A stretch of DNA of 64,000 nt from Macrostomum lignano (taxonomy: Eukaryota). Made by a program: the position numbers and the translations under genes. The notes below the pieces were generated by a model. The model worked only from the letters and a program-made list of their open reading frames with translations. It did not search any database and was not told the DNA's origin. This document shows, one piece after another, positions 25,701-37,500 of this stretch; within the stretch, counting starts at the first letter, position 1, and the number at the start of each line of letters is the position of its first letter. Location: positions 3,598-67,597 of the forward strand of contig NIVC01001447.1 in NCBI GenBank assembly GCA_002269645.1. The letters are read 5' to 3'.

Positions 25701-26591
25701 TGACAGGAAAAGCAGAAATATGCAATTTGTAGAAAAGTAAAAGTTGGAATCGAGGAAATTATCACGAACTGAGATAACTTGGGTTGTAGAACTGCCAAGT
25801 TTGATTCGGTGATGCATAGCCGTTACGTGAATGAGGGAATTTTCTGCCGACTTTCATTCACACTTGCTTCTCTGCCTCTCTCAGTCACTCTCTACTTCTC
25901 CCAGTCCCTCCCTATTTCTCTGTCTCTCCCTACTTCTCCCAGCCTGTCCCTACTTCTCCCGGTCTTTCCTACGTCTCCCAGTCTCTCTCTACTTCTCCCA
26001 GTCTCTCTCTACTTCTGCCAGTCTCTCCCTACCTCTCCCAGTCTCTCCCTATTTCTCTCAGTCTCTCCCTACTTCTCCCAGCCTGTCCCTACTTTTCCCG
26101 GTCTTCTCTACTTCTCCCAGTCTCTCTCTACTTCTGCCAGTCTCTCCCTACCTCTCCCAGTCTCTCTCTACTTCTCCCAGTCTCTCTCTACTTCTCCCAG
26201 CCTGTCCCTACTTTTCCCGGTCTATCCCTACGTCTCCCAGTCTCTCTCTACTTCTCCCAGTCTCTCTCTACTTCTGCCAGTCTCTCCCTACCTCTCCCAG
26301 TCTCTCTCTACTTCTCACAGTCTCTCTCTACTTCTCACAGTCTCGCTCTACTTCTCCCAGTCTCGCTCTCTACTCCTCACAGTCTCTCTCTACTTCTCCC
26401 AGCCTGTCCCTAGTTCAGCCCCAATTGCACAGCCAAGCCAACCTGATGCCGCGGTCGATGAGGCCGCCTCTGTCGGGGCTGCGATAGCCGCGCCTGTCCA
26501 GCGAGCTGAGCCGGCCAGTTGAGCCATAGAATGCGGCGCCGGGGCTTCGGTAGGGCGACGCGGAGGCCGGCCTGTAGCGTTGGGCCTGCAT
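7749..26591 (-). CDS. Giant (~4,500 aa) protein: N-terminal coiled coils, then a Ser/Arg/Asp-rich disordered region with a 17-aa repeat. Exons approx 26591-26443, [1-2 uncertain at 25.3-25.7 kb], 25152-25066, 24293-24018, 23563-23397, 23101-22957, 22819-22694, 22177-22004, 21779-21296, 20380-20268, 20191-19867, 19817-10039, 9772-8056, 7788-7749 (last exon tentative)
   Basis: Consecutive GT/AG junctions join in phase (e.g. GA|A at 21296/20380, A|AC at 20268/20191, G|AA at 10039/9772). Heptad-like exons (LRLEIKELNDS, QELQLAKRQTEEYRRQMESL, QAIRELDSRFQALANELEAL). Long ORFs 16443..19610, 11773..16134, 10760..11782 and 8052..9722. About 8 single-base frameshifts are needed; no family recognised. 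Confidence 0.75.
10039..19817 (-). CDS. Single ~9.8-kb coding exon of the giant protein
   Basis: Acceptor AAAG at 19818 and donor AG|GTGAGA at 10039. Coding-like sequence is continuous in between, and each frame switch coincides with a homopolymer one base short (19812-14, 17256-58, 11831-35, 10835-37, 10665-67, 10528-33). Confidence 0.65.
15150..17760 (-). repeat. Coding tandem repeat, 51-bp unit encoding RDRSRDRRYDGSQPPSA and variants (~50 copies)
   Basis: Seen in translations 11773..16134 and 16443..19610; degenerate copies extend to ~14450 and ~18100. Confidence 0.95.
20400..21155. repeat. Intronic minisatellite, 20-bp unit (TCACTCTGACCCAGTCTGAC)
   Basis: About 37 tandem copies. Confidence 0.95.
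21781..21966. repeat. Degenerate intronic minisatellite with a TGTCTAACAG core
   Basis: TCTAACA recurs about every 20 bp. Confidence 0.75.
22190..22650. repeat. Intronic minisatellite, 22-bp unit (GGGGATGTCTAGATGTCGAATT)
   Basis: About 21 tandem copies. Confidence 0.95.
22880..22957. repeat. Short 21-bp repeat seeded at a splice donor (sense GTGAGCTGGTGATGG..)
   Basis: 3-4 copies, the first overlapping the donor at 22956. Confidence 0.8.
23121..23292. repeat. Intronic minisatellite, ~37-bp unit (GAGTAGATTAGCAATCCATTCTATCCCATGTCTGAG)
   Basis: 4-5 copies. Confidence 0.9.
23653..23995. repeat. Intronic minisatellite, 20-21-bp unit (CATGGCGCCCCTTATCCCCT)
   Basis: About 16 copies. Confidence 0.9.
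24408..25062. repeat. Intronic minisatellite, 21-22-bp unit (GAGTCACCTGTAGGAGAGGGG)
   Basis: About 30 copies. Confidence 0.95.
25885..26410. repeat. Intronic pyrimidine-rich minisatellite, 20-21-bp unit (CCCAGTCTCTCTCTACTTCT)
   Basis: About 25 copies. Confidence 0.9.
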
Positions 26592-27754
26592 GGCTGCGGC
26601 CAGATGAGCCCCGCAGTGAGCTGACTGCTAATGCCTCTCCGTACTTTGCTTGTTGTTGACTAACTGAATTTGCCCTTGACAGTAAACTACGGCCTCCGAC
26701 GCTCTGAAAAGCGGTGTTGAAGCAAAGCAGGCTTAAAAGTTATTTAAGATCAAAGTGTCGATCAAGCACTATTTTTGGCGGCAATATCGCCCCACAAACA
26801 TTTATTCAATGGAAACAAAGTTCACACTTCAAGTAAAAAATGCATCGACTACTTAAAGCTATCAATTTGTTAATTTTCCATATCTATGTAGCGGCGTAGC
26901 CAATCCAATATGACAGCTAACTTGATCACATAATGTACTGCATTCTACCTTTTTTGCATATACTATCCAAAGTGCTCAATAATGATCATATGTCGTTTCT
27001 GAATTACACAGAATCAAATTATTCTCTACCCAATTAAAATAGTTACAGGTACACTATACTCGTATCCCTTACTTGTATAATAAAACATAATATCCTTAAG
27101 AGCAGACTATAATTGTTACTGGTATTTTTACTTCTGATAAGGTAATACAGACTATAAGGTAAAAGTAAGCATAAAAGAATTAAACAACTGCAAAATGGTT
27201 CATTGGCCATTTTGAGTCATTGCTGGCGAGAATTCTTAAGACTGTTGCTATTTCAAAGTAATGCAATTTGACGTACTAAGAAGTGAGAGCAATAATTACT
27301 AGTAATAATAGCTTGTTCTGGAAATATCTTGCTGGCTAAAGTGTCGAAACAGCTGCAACATTAATAAAATAATTTATAACCAATACAAAGCTAATATGCA
27401 TTCATTTTTTACAATTGAAAGATGAGATAAATAAGATTATGTTATGCTGGAATGTGCTACTTAAAAATTGTGCTGCAAAAATATTATTTTGCCAGTAATT
27501 TCCTGTCAAGATGATGCATCGTCTCATTCGTCTGCGACAAGAGATGGTTCACCTATTTTACACCCTGTGTGTCCTCTGCGCCCCAAACCGGCTCATGCAA
27601 TATTCCCTACCTAAAATCATCTATCATCTGCTCTCCGCCGTCTGCGCAAAAAAATGAGTCCAAAATCCATTTTCCGAGAAAAACAACATCATCCTGACTA
27701 TGACTTTCTTAAAAATATATTATTTCTTCTCTATCCTAGCTTTGACATATCCTA

Positions 27755-28374
27755 TCCTATATATACTAAAACAAGTTGTCTGTATGTATGTAGCTATGCG
27801 ATAGATTAAAAAAACGGCTCAACCGATTTTCTTATTAGCTAATTACCAGAGCTCTGTGCTTAATAGATACCATATATCTTATGCCATGTACGTACGAAGT
27901 ACTTACTTACCATCCAGGTCAAGCATTGTATCAATACGACGAACTTGCAAAAATATTAGGCAGCTACCAGTAAGTTAAATTTTCCGTTGAAGCTAACTTT
28001 TATTTCTTAAGAAAAGCCTAAGTTTTAGAAAAAAAGTAACTAAAGAAATTAATGAGCGTGATTATATTACTAAAGTAGTCGTTCTTTCTTACTTTAGAAA
28101 TCAGCAACAGTTAGTTTTACGTTATAAAAGATTTTAAAGAATTCGAAATTAAATATTAGAAAGTATAATTTTTTTACGGCTGAAAAAAACCGTAAAAAAA
28201 ATTCCAGACGCTCTTTCAAATACCTTACTTAATACAAATATCGTAACTCGTTTTCAGCGATCGTGTAAAAATTTATTTAACCTTTTGAATAAATACTAAA
28301 TACATCGGATAATACTGGCATAGCAGGCTCTTTAAGCCTGAGCCAAATTTACTACTACTACTAATCGACTCTAG
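27755..28374 (+). mobile_element. Possible non-autonomous Helitron (~620 bp)
   Basis: A|TCCTATATATACTAAAAC 5' end followed by GTCTGTATGTATGT...AAACGGCTCAACCGATTTT (pattern typical of invertebrate Helitron heads). CAGGCT-CTTTA-AGCCTG hairpin at 28324-28340 and a CTAG|T 3' end, though the hairpin is farther from CTAG than usual. Confidence 0.45.
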
Positions 28375-29670
28375 TCCCAAAAAATCTTGCGTAATCTTTC
28401 TTGAGGTCAGGGGTCCACTAACCTGACTTATTAGTCCTAGTCCTAAACTCTAACCGTTGTCGGATTTGAACTTTTGAGAAATTCGTTCAGTTTTTAGCAT
28501 TTGCGCTAAGTCGACAATTGAAATTTGAATAGGCCTATATTATAATCTTGCAGTTAATTTTGGTACTTTATCATGCCAAAGTGAGTGGAGGCCTAGTTTA
28601 CAATCAAAGCTTCCTATCCTACTTATTTCAAAATAAGCTACGCCATCTATATTGCCTACCTATATAGCCCCCTAATTTTTTCCATGCTGTTGAGCTATTG
28701 TCGTATTGAGCATACAAATATGCTGCTTTTTGTCTAGGCCTATAGTACCTATACAAAACTTATAAGTAGGCCTACTAACAACCAGAGAACCAGTCACAGT
28801 CATAGACTCATAGGTTCTAGGCGCAGTCTACTACTAGGCTTAGGGCTATGCCTAGGCCTACTAGTTACCACTATGCCTATACTAGTTGGCAAACTGCTAC
28901 TACTAGTCATATCTTTGGGCTACTTGGGCTAATTTGTTTTTATCTTTTCTGGCATTTATTTTATTTTTGGTCTAGCTATAAAAATTATAATCCAAATCCA
29001 TTATTGCATTACATTAGCAAAGAGAAATCTGATTCTAAAAAGATAAATAAATAAATAGCAATAACAATGTTTTGAATACATTTTGCCTAAATAATAGGCC
29101 TATGCAATGCTATGCCTATGCATTAGGCCTATTATTTCATCTAGCATATTTTGCTTGATATAAAACATTTTATTTGCATTAAAACTTATGACATTTTGAC
29201 TAAATAAAAAAGTAAAAACTTTATCATAGGCCTAGTGCCAATGGCAATATTAATTATATTTTTTATCATAGGCCTTAGTCCATAGTCAAGAATGTAATAG
29301 ATTTCATAGAAAATTCTGGCACTAATTGGCAATTTCTCTAGCATTCTTGGTGCATTTGGTGCATGGCACAAAATGAAAAATAAGATAAAGGCATGAAACT
29401 TAGTGTACTTGGAACAATGGCCTGGCACTTAGTATATATTTCCTTGAACAGTTTAGTATAAGAATTGTTTATGTGTTGTGATTTATCATTCTTTGTATTT
29501 TATAGAAGAGTATTAATAGTATTTTACAACAAATGTTAATTTTATTATAAATATAAAAGTTCAAATTCATTATACATTGCTCAAATTCATATTGTGATCT
29601 ATTTTGGGCTATGACAACCTTAAGTGTTGGTATATAGCGCAAGAAAAAATAATTCTTTAGTGTAGTATTT

Positions 29671-30202
29671 TTCTGTTTTTCAACCTGTGGGTTGAGATGT
29701 CACGTGACCCCCAATAGGGTTATATGACCATTTTCTGGGGGTTGCAGTAGTGAGAAATGTGTGAGTATATCTATACATGCACAATAGTCAGCCAAGTTGG
29801 CCGATCCGGCCAACCAATTTGGTGGCCAACCAAAGTAAGTTGCAAAAATGCCTACCCAAATAAATACCAAAGTAGTACTAAGTAGATGACAAGGCATTTT
29901 ACCTTAATAAGATAGTCATAGTTACTCCTGCCATTTACCCAAAGTTGCATTAATTTTGCTTTAGGGTTTCTTTTACATGTAAGTTGAATTTTTGGTCAAA
30001 AACTATGTCGCATTTTTGTTAAAACTAAGTTGTATGGCCAACTGAATTTTGGAAGTTGCGCATGTATGAGTTACATACATTACATTATATCACACTTAAT
30101 GATGCATTATATTGATTATAAAAAGGGTCGCAAACATTTAAAAATGATGCAAGTTAATAAATTAATAAATTAGCATTGCCTAAAAAAGGTTGAGAACCAT
30201 TG
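29671..30202. mobile_element. Degenerate hAT (Charlie-like) MITE
   Basis: Right end GGTTGAGAACCATTG, left end TTCTGTTTTTCAACCTGTGGG (consensus CAGTGGTTCTCAACCT), and a subterminal GGGTCGC motif. Confidence 0.55.
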
Positions 30203-30534
30203 CTTTAATGCATGGCATATAATAAATAAATGTGGGAAGTTTATTCCAGAAAACACAGTGCACCTTCTTGACTAGGCCTATAGATCACAATTTAATTATA
30301 TTTTATTATATAAATATTTTAGACCCTAACCAATAATGGTCACATTTTAGATCAAGTCACTTATCTAAATGCCTCTATAATAAATATTTATAAACTTTTT
30401 ATGACTAATATCAATAATATCAATAAAAATATAATACCAACTAGATACCAATTATTATTATTATTATTATTTAAATTATATCAATCATAATACCAATAAT
30501 AAGTATTATTATACTTATACCAATTATTACCAGC

Positions 30535-30760
30535 TATTGCGCAGTGTATCTAAAGGCTATATATAGCTATTCACATATACACATACCCTCAATTATCCCA
30601 GCTAATGTTGGTACCCATTTTATAGCTGGTTGAACTTAAGCAATACATATTTTAAGTGTCTTGCTCAAGGATACAAACTGTTCTAGTGGGATTGAGAATT
30701 GAACTCCCAACTTTCAAGTTGTGAGTCCAACATTCTAACCACTATGCTAAAAACTTAATA
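30535..30760 (+). mobile_element. SINE remnant (conserved central domain plus L2-type 3' tail)
   Basis: GGTACCCATTTTATAGCTGG...AAGTGTCTTGCTCAAGGATACA...GAACTCCCAAC...GTGAGTCCAACATTCTAACCACT resembles widespread invertebrate SINE core/tail motifs. Confidence 0.5.
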
Positions 30761-31529
30761 TTAGGTTAATTACATACTAGAATTCATGCTAGAACTAAAT
30801 GTATATAATGCATGCTAAAGCAAATATACATAAGAAAATTCTAGCATAAATGATATTTTCTAGAATGTGATATGATCTCTAAGTCTAATATGGCTTATCA
30901 TATAGTATATTTTAATATAAATTCAAACTAACAAAGAACATTGGTATAAGTAAATACTAAATTCTAAAATACATAGATTATATATGTTTATATGGTGCAA
31001 CTGCTAGCTAACCTAACCATTGTAGTTAATGTAAATTGTGGTAGATTATAGTTAAGTTGCAAAACTAAGTCCTATTCTTAGTCTAAAAGTATAGTAGACT
31101 AAGTTATATAACTAATGGTCTTATATAAGCTATTTCTAGTTTAGTCTGTGCCACTCAATTAAGATAAGTGCTTAACTGACATGCTTAACTGACAATGTAT
31201 AAAAAAATACTATATTACAATTATTACTATTGTCAAGCTGTACAATATATATTATTTATAAGTCTGTACATGCTATAATTATTTATAATAAGCAATACTG
31301 AACTTTGAATCAAGGTTATACTTTAAAGTCTGCCCTGGTTTTTGCAATTAATCTGCTCACAATTCATTATTATTCATGCACCAGTTTGAGCAAATCTCCT
31401 TACTGACAACTGATTTTTAATTCAGGCACTGCATAGTTGTAACACTTTGGCTCTGCTTTTGCATGGGCAAAAGAGGCTCAAGCAGTTCGATAAATATTGC
31501 TAATAGTAGTCCCTGACTAGCCTGCGGCC

Positions 31530-34500
31530 ATGTCCTCCAGGTTTGTGAAAGAATTCAACAGGCTGATCAAGTCAATAGACAAGAAATTCAGTGGACAGGC
31601 CAGCATCCGGGACTATGATGCCGACAACCTGAACTGCTTTATTATTGAACTGGCGCCTAACAATGGGCCCTACAAGCATGGCAAATTCTTATTCCAGGTA
31701 TGGGTAAAGCTGCATTCGCTGTTAACAGTAGGAATACCAAGCCATTTTTCCGCCCGTCGAACTACCAAGGGGGGGGGGAAATTTCCCCCCCCCTGACAAT
31801 TTTTTTTGCTGCGCCGGAACGGAGCAACGCAGGCACACGAAATTCAAGAACACGGGCTAACTTTTTGTTGCGCACCTTCTCAAACAAGAATCAAGTCGCC
31901 AGCCCTTCGGACCGTCGAGATATTCGACGATTCTGCCAGAAGGTCGGATTTTTCCCATAAGCGCTAGTGTATTCAGTACACCCCTGTGCGCCAATCAGCA
32001 CTGCGCCTCAGTGCAGCCTTGCCAAGTCTCCAAACTTCATCAGCACGTCGACCACATGTGTCTGCATCAGTTCTGACTTCGTTGGTCACTAGCCTTCACC
32101 CAGGTGGAGCTTCTGGACCCTCAACAGCTGTGGCACCAGGTGACTATGGACACCCTGATGCGGATTTCTCTAGTTTCGCCGATCAAGCCTCGACAGTGGG
32201 CAAGAATCAACCGTCAGATATTCTCAGCTAGTCTCTCAAGCATTCCGTCATCATCCCGACGCCGTCGGCACCTTCAACAGGTGGCACCAGGTGACTACGG
32301 ACATCCTGTTGCAAATATGTTTGATTTTTCTTATCAAGCTTCAATAATGGGCAAACCTCAACCGATGGACATTGTCAGCTAGTTTCTCGAGCATTCCGTC
32401 ATCACCCCGATGCCGTCGGCACCTTCAACAAATGACACCAGATGACTATGGACACCCTGATGCTGCTTTCTCTAGTTTCGCCGATCAAGCCTCGATAGTG
32501 GGCAAGAATCAACCGTCAGACATTCTCAGCTAGTCTCTCAAGCATTCCGTCATCATCCTGACGCCGTCGGCACCTTCAACAGATTACACCAGGTGACTAT
32601 GGACAGCCTGATAAGAATCTCTCTAGTTTCGCCGATCAAGCCTCGACAGTGGGCAAGAATCAACCGCCAGACATTCTCAGCTAGTCTCTAAAGCATTCCG
32701 TCATCATCCCGACGCCGTCGGCTCCTTCAACAGATTACACCAGGTGACTATGGACATCCTGTTGCAAATATGTCAGGTTTTTCTTATCAAGCTCCAATAA
32801 TGGGCAAACCTCAACTACCGGACATTCTCAGCTAGTCTCTCGAGCATTCCGTCATCACCCCGATGCCGTCGGCACCTTCAACAGATTACACCAGGTGACT
32901 ATGGACAGCCTGATAAGAATCTCTCTAGTTTCGCCGATCAAGCCTCGACAGTGGGCAAGAATCAACCGACAGAAATTCTCAGCTAGTCTCTCAAGCATTC
33001 CGTCATCATCCTGACGCCGTCGGCACCTTCAACAGGTGGCACGAGGTGAGTAAGGACACCAGAGCGTGATTTTTCATCATGCGCCGAACATTTCTGAAGC
33101 TCTCAAATTTTTTTAAGCACGGACATTGCTATAGTTAAGCTTGAACTCATGTTGTTGTATATGTATATTATTATTGGGTTCTTATATTATAGTTCAATAA
33201 ACTAAACAGCTTGTCAAATAAAGTATGTATGTAGCTCGTATGTATAAAAGTATGTGTAATAATAATATACATATACAGCAACATGAGTTCAAGCTTAACC
33301 ATAGCAATGTCCGTGCTTAAAAAAAATTTGAGAGCTTCAGAAATGTTAAGCGCATGATGAAAAATCACGCTCAGGTGTCCTTACTCACCTCGTGCCACCT
33401 GTTGAAGGTGCCGACAGCGTCGGCGTGATGGCTGAATGCTTGACTGACTAGCTGAGGATGTCCAGCAGTTGATTTTTGCCCACTGTCGAGGCTTGATCAG
33501 CGAAACTAGAGAGATTCTTATCAGGCTGTCCATAGTCACCTGGTGTAATCTGTTGAAGGTGCCGACGGCGTCGGGGTGATGACGGAATGCTTGAGAGACT
33601 AGCTGAGAATGTCTGACGGTTGATTCTTGCCCACTATCGAGGCTTGATCGGCGAAACTAGAGAAAGCAGCATCAGGGTGTCCATAGTCATCTGGTGTCAT
33701 TTGTTGAAGGTGCCGACGGAATCGGGGTGATGACGGAATGCTCGAGAAACTAGCTGACAATGTCCATCGGTTGAGGTTTGCCCATTATTGAAGCTTGATA
33801 AGAAAAATCAAACATATTTGCAACAGGATGTCCGTAGTCACCTGGTGCCACCTGTTGAAGGTGCCGACGGCGTCGGGATGATGACGGAATGCTTGAGAGA
33901 CTAGCTGAGAATATCTGACGGTTGATTCTTGCCCACTGTCGAGGCTTGATCGGCGAAACTAGAGAAATCCGCATCAGGGTGTCCATAGTCACCTGGTGCC
34001 ACAGCTGTTGAGGGTCCAGAAGCTCCACCTGGGTGAAGGCTAGTGACCAACGAAGTCAGAACTGATGCAGACACATGTGGTCGACGTGCTGATGAAGTTT
34101 GGAGACTTGGCAAGGCTGCACTGAGGCGCAGTGCTGATTGGCGCACAGGGGTGTACTGAATACACTAGCGCTTATGGGAAAAATCCGACCTTCTGGCAGA
34201 ATCGTCGAATATCTCGACGGTCCGAAGGGCTGGCGACTTGATTCTTGTTTGAGAAGGTGCGCAACAAAAAGTTAGTCCGTGTTCTTGAATTTCGTGTGCC
34301 TGCGTTGCTCCGTTCCGGCGCAGCAAAAAAAATTGTCAGGGGGGGGGGAAATTTCCCCCCCCCCTTGGTAGTTCTACTGTTAATGGCATGGGGTATTTTG
34401 AACTGCCCGCAATAAGATTTTTAGCGATGCGTTTCATGTGCAGCAGTCCCTTTTTTCCTGACGTCCAAATATTACCTTATGATTTCTGGGCATTACTGAA

Positions 34501-37500
34501 GACCCAGTGTGGCACGTATCTTAATTTAAGCTTAAAAGCTTAGCCCTGGTGACACCCTGAGATCCCACATCAGCACCCTGAAGACACCCTGAGATCCCTC
34601 TACATTGACACCTGAAGACCCCCTGAGATCCCATATCGGCAATCTGAAGACACTCTGAGATCCCATATCTGCACCCTGAAGACACTCTGAGATCCCACAT
34701 CGGCACCCTGAAGCCCCCCCTGAGATCCCACATCGGCACCCTGAAGACACCCTGATATCTCACATCGGCTCCCTGAATACACCCTGAGATCCCACATCGG
34801 CACCCTGAAGAAACTAAGATCCCACATCGGAACCCTGAAGACACCCTGAGATCTCACATCGGCTCCCTGAATACACCCTGAGATCCCACATTGGCACCCT
34901 GAAGATACTCTGAGATCCCAAATCGGCACCTTGAAGACACTCAGAGATCCCACATCGGAACCCTGAAGACACCCTGAGATCCCACATCGGCACCCTGAAG
35001 ACACCCTTCGCAGATCTCACATCGGCTCCCTGAATACACCCTGAGATCCCACATCGGCACCCTGAAGATACTCTGAGATCCCAAATCGGCACCTTGAAGA
35101 CACTCAGAGATCCCACATCGGAACCCTGAAGACCCCCCTGAGATCCCACATCGGAACCCTAAAGATACTCTGAGATCCCAAATCGGCTCCCTGAAGACAC
35201 CCTGAGATCTCACATCGGCTCCCTGAATACACCCTGAGATCCCACATTGGCACCCTGAAGATACTCTGAGATCCCAAATCGGCACCTTGAAGACACTCAG
35301 AGATCCCACATCGGAACCCTGAAGACCCCCCTGAGATCCCACATTGGAACACTAAAGATACTCTGAGATCTCACATCGGCTCCCTGAATACACCCTGAGA
35401 TCCCACATTGGCACCCTGAAGATACTCTGAGATCCCAAATCGGCACCTTGAAGACACTCAGAGATCCCACATTGGAACCCTGAAGACACCCTGAGATCCT
35501 ACATCGGAACCCTAAAGACTCCCCTGAGATCCCACATCGGCACCTTGAACACCCCCTGAGTTCCCACATCGGCACGCTGAAGCCCCATTTCGGTGCGCCC
35601 CGACCCCCGCAAGAAGTGACGCCCAAGCCCTGCCGCTGCCCGCCCGCAGATTCACGCCTCGGAGCAGTATCCGGACTCTGCGCCTGACGTGGTCTGCCTG
35701 ACGGACATTTACCACCCCAACATCGATGCCGACCTCACCTTGGAGCACAACATCTGCCTCAACCTATTCGACGAATGGAATCGAACCTTCGGCATCGAGG
35801 ACTGTCTGCAGGGCCTGCTGTTTCTACTGTACCACCCCAACATCTCCGACCCAGTGTCCAGCTACTTCGAGTCCGGCCTTGACCAGGCCACCTTCATCAG
35901 GAATGTCGGCAGGTCTCTGCGCGGCGAAGAAGTTGACGGGTTCACCTTTCAGAAGAATCACGGCTGGGCGGAGCACGAGGCCGCCCTGGCGCTCGGCTTC
36001 GAGCCCTCGCCCTCGCTGGCTGCCTCCGGGTCGGCTGACGGGGCCACCGCTACATCGGATTCGAACCCGAGCAGTGACGAGGCCGCTGGCTCAGGGGCGG
36101 CCGCTGTGTCCGCCCTGGCCGCTTTGGACCGCTTGGCGGCCGATCCGAAAACGGACGAGTCCGCCGCCGCGTATTCCACTGCCCCAGCCTCCACTGCGGA
36201 CATTCTGACCGCCTCTCTTGGCGACTGCAAAATGGCTACTAAAATGGAGGAAAACTCGCTAGATACTACTGCTGCCGCTGCTTCAACGAACTCCGAGGCG
36301 ACACCCAAAGAGAACGGAGATGCTTCAGCAACAGCAGACTTCTGTACGACTTCCAGCGATCAGGCGGCAGCTGAGGATGCGGCGAAGCCGGCGGAGTTCG
36401 ACCCGCTGCTGCCACAGACTGCTGATGGGGCCGCGCACCCGGATGTGGATTATCCCCGGCTGCTGCTGGACGGCACCGCCATGCCCGCCACCGACTTGTC
36501 GGAAGATGTCGAGGAGGTCGACGCGACGGCGACAGCAGCCGGCGCTTCCACCGCCTTGGTGGACAGCGGCAGGCCGGAGTCGCCGGACTCGCTCAGCCTG
36601 GCCTCGGACTGCTGCCTGCAGGACCTGCTCGCCCAGCTGCAGCTCGAAGAGGCGGCAGCTCTGGACGGCTCGGACGGTGATCTGGTTGCCTCCGCTGCTG
36701 ATTCGCCTCTGGACTTCGTCTGCCGCCGGTTCCGGGCGGCCCCCGACACCAGCGACGAGGAAGACGATGAGGACGAAGACGAGGAGGAACTCAGCGAGGA
36801 CCTGAGCTCCGATGAAGATGAGGACGATGATAACGTCATCGATGATGAGGTGGACGATGAGGATGTTAGCGCTGGAGGGCTGGTGGCCAGCGTTGAGGTC
36901 AGTGGGGAACTCAGCATATTTAATCTGCACCTCCTGACTCTGCACTCCCTGACTCTGCACTCCCTGACTCTGTACTCCCTGACTCTGCACTCCCTGACTC
37001 TGCACTCCCTGACTCTGCACCCACTTGACTCTGCACTCCCTGACTCTGCACTCCCTGACTCTGCACTCCCTGACTCTGCACCCCCTGAATCATCACTCCC
37101 TGGACCACCGTCAATTTGCACAAGTTCATAGCAACGCCATCGCCACTTTAATTTGCCGCCATTGCAGGCCGGCCTCTACCAGCTGCCCCGGCTGCTGCCC
37201 GGCTACCCAGCAATCCAAAGCCGTGGCAGCCAGCGGTATCGGCGGCGCCGGCCCGACCCGGCCGCTGTGGCCGCTTCGACTGCCGCAGCCGCCGCGGCGG
37301 CCTCCCGACGCTCCCTGACGGTGGTGGCTCGCAGCTCGGCACCTGTCGTTGTTCGACTGCGCGGCGGCGGCATGCGTTCGGTGCAGCTGCTGCAGGTGGG
37401 ATAATATAAATCCCAGGGGCAATTAAAACTCTTCTAATTAGTCCCCTCCCTATTCGACAGAATAAAAACAAGAATTCTATCCAGTGGTGGGAGTGAGGCG

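Noticed and set aside
31986-34146. Mirror-image ORF pairs as a duplicated gene
   Set aside because: Short, stop-bounded products of the foldback arms
36898-37131. LTLHS/DSALP tail of ORF 35689..37131
   Set aside because: Read-through into intron 2 repeats past the donor GAG|GTCAGT at 36898
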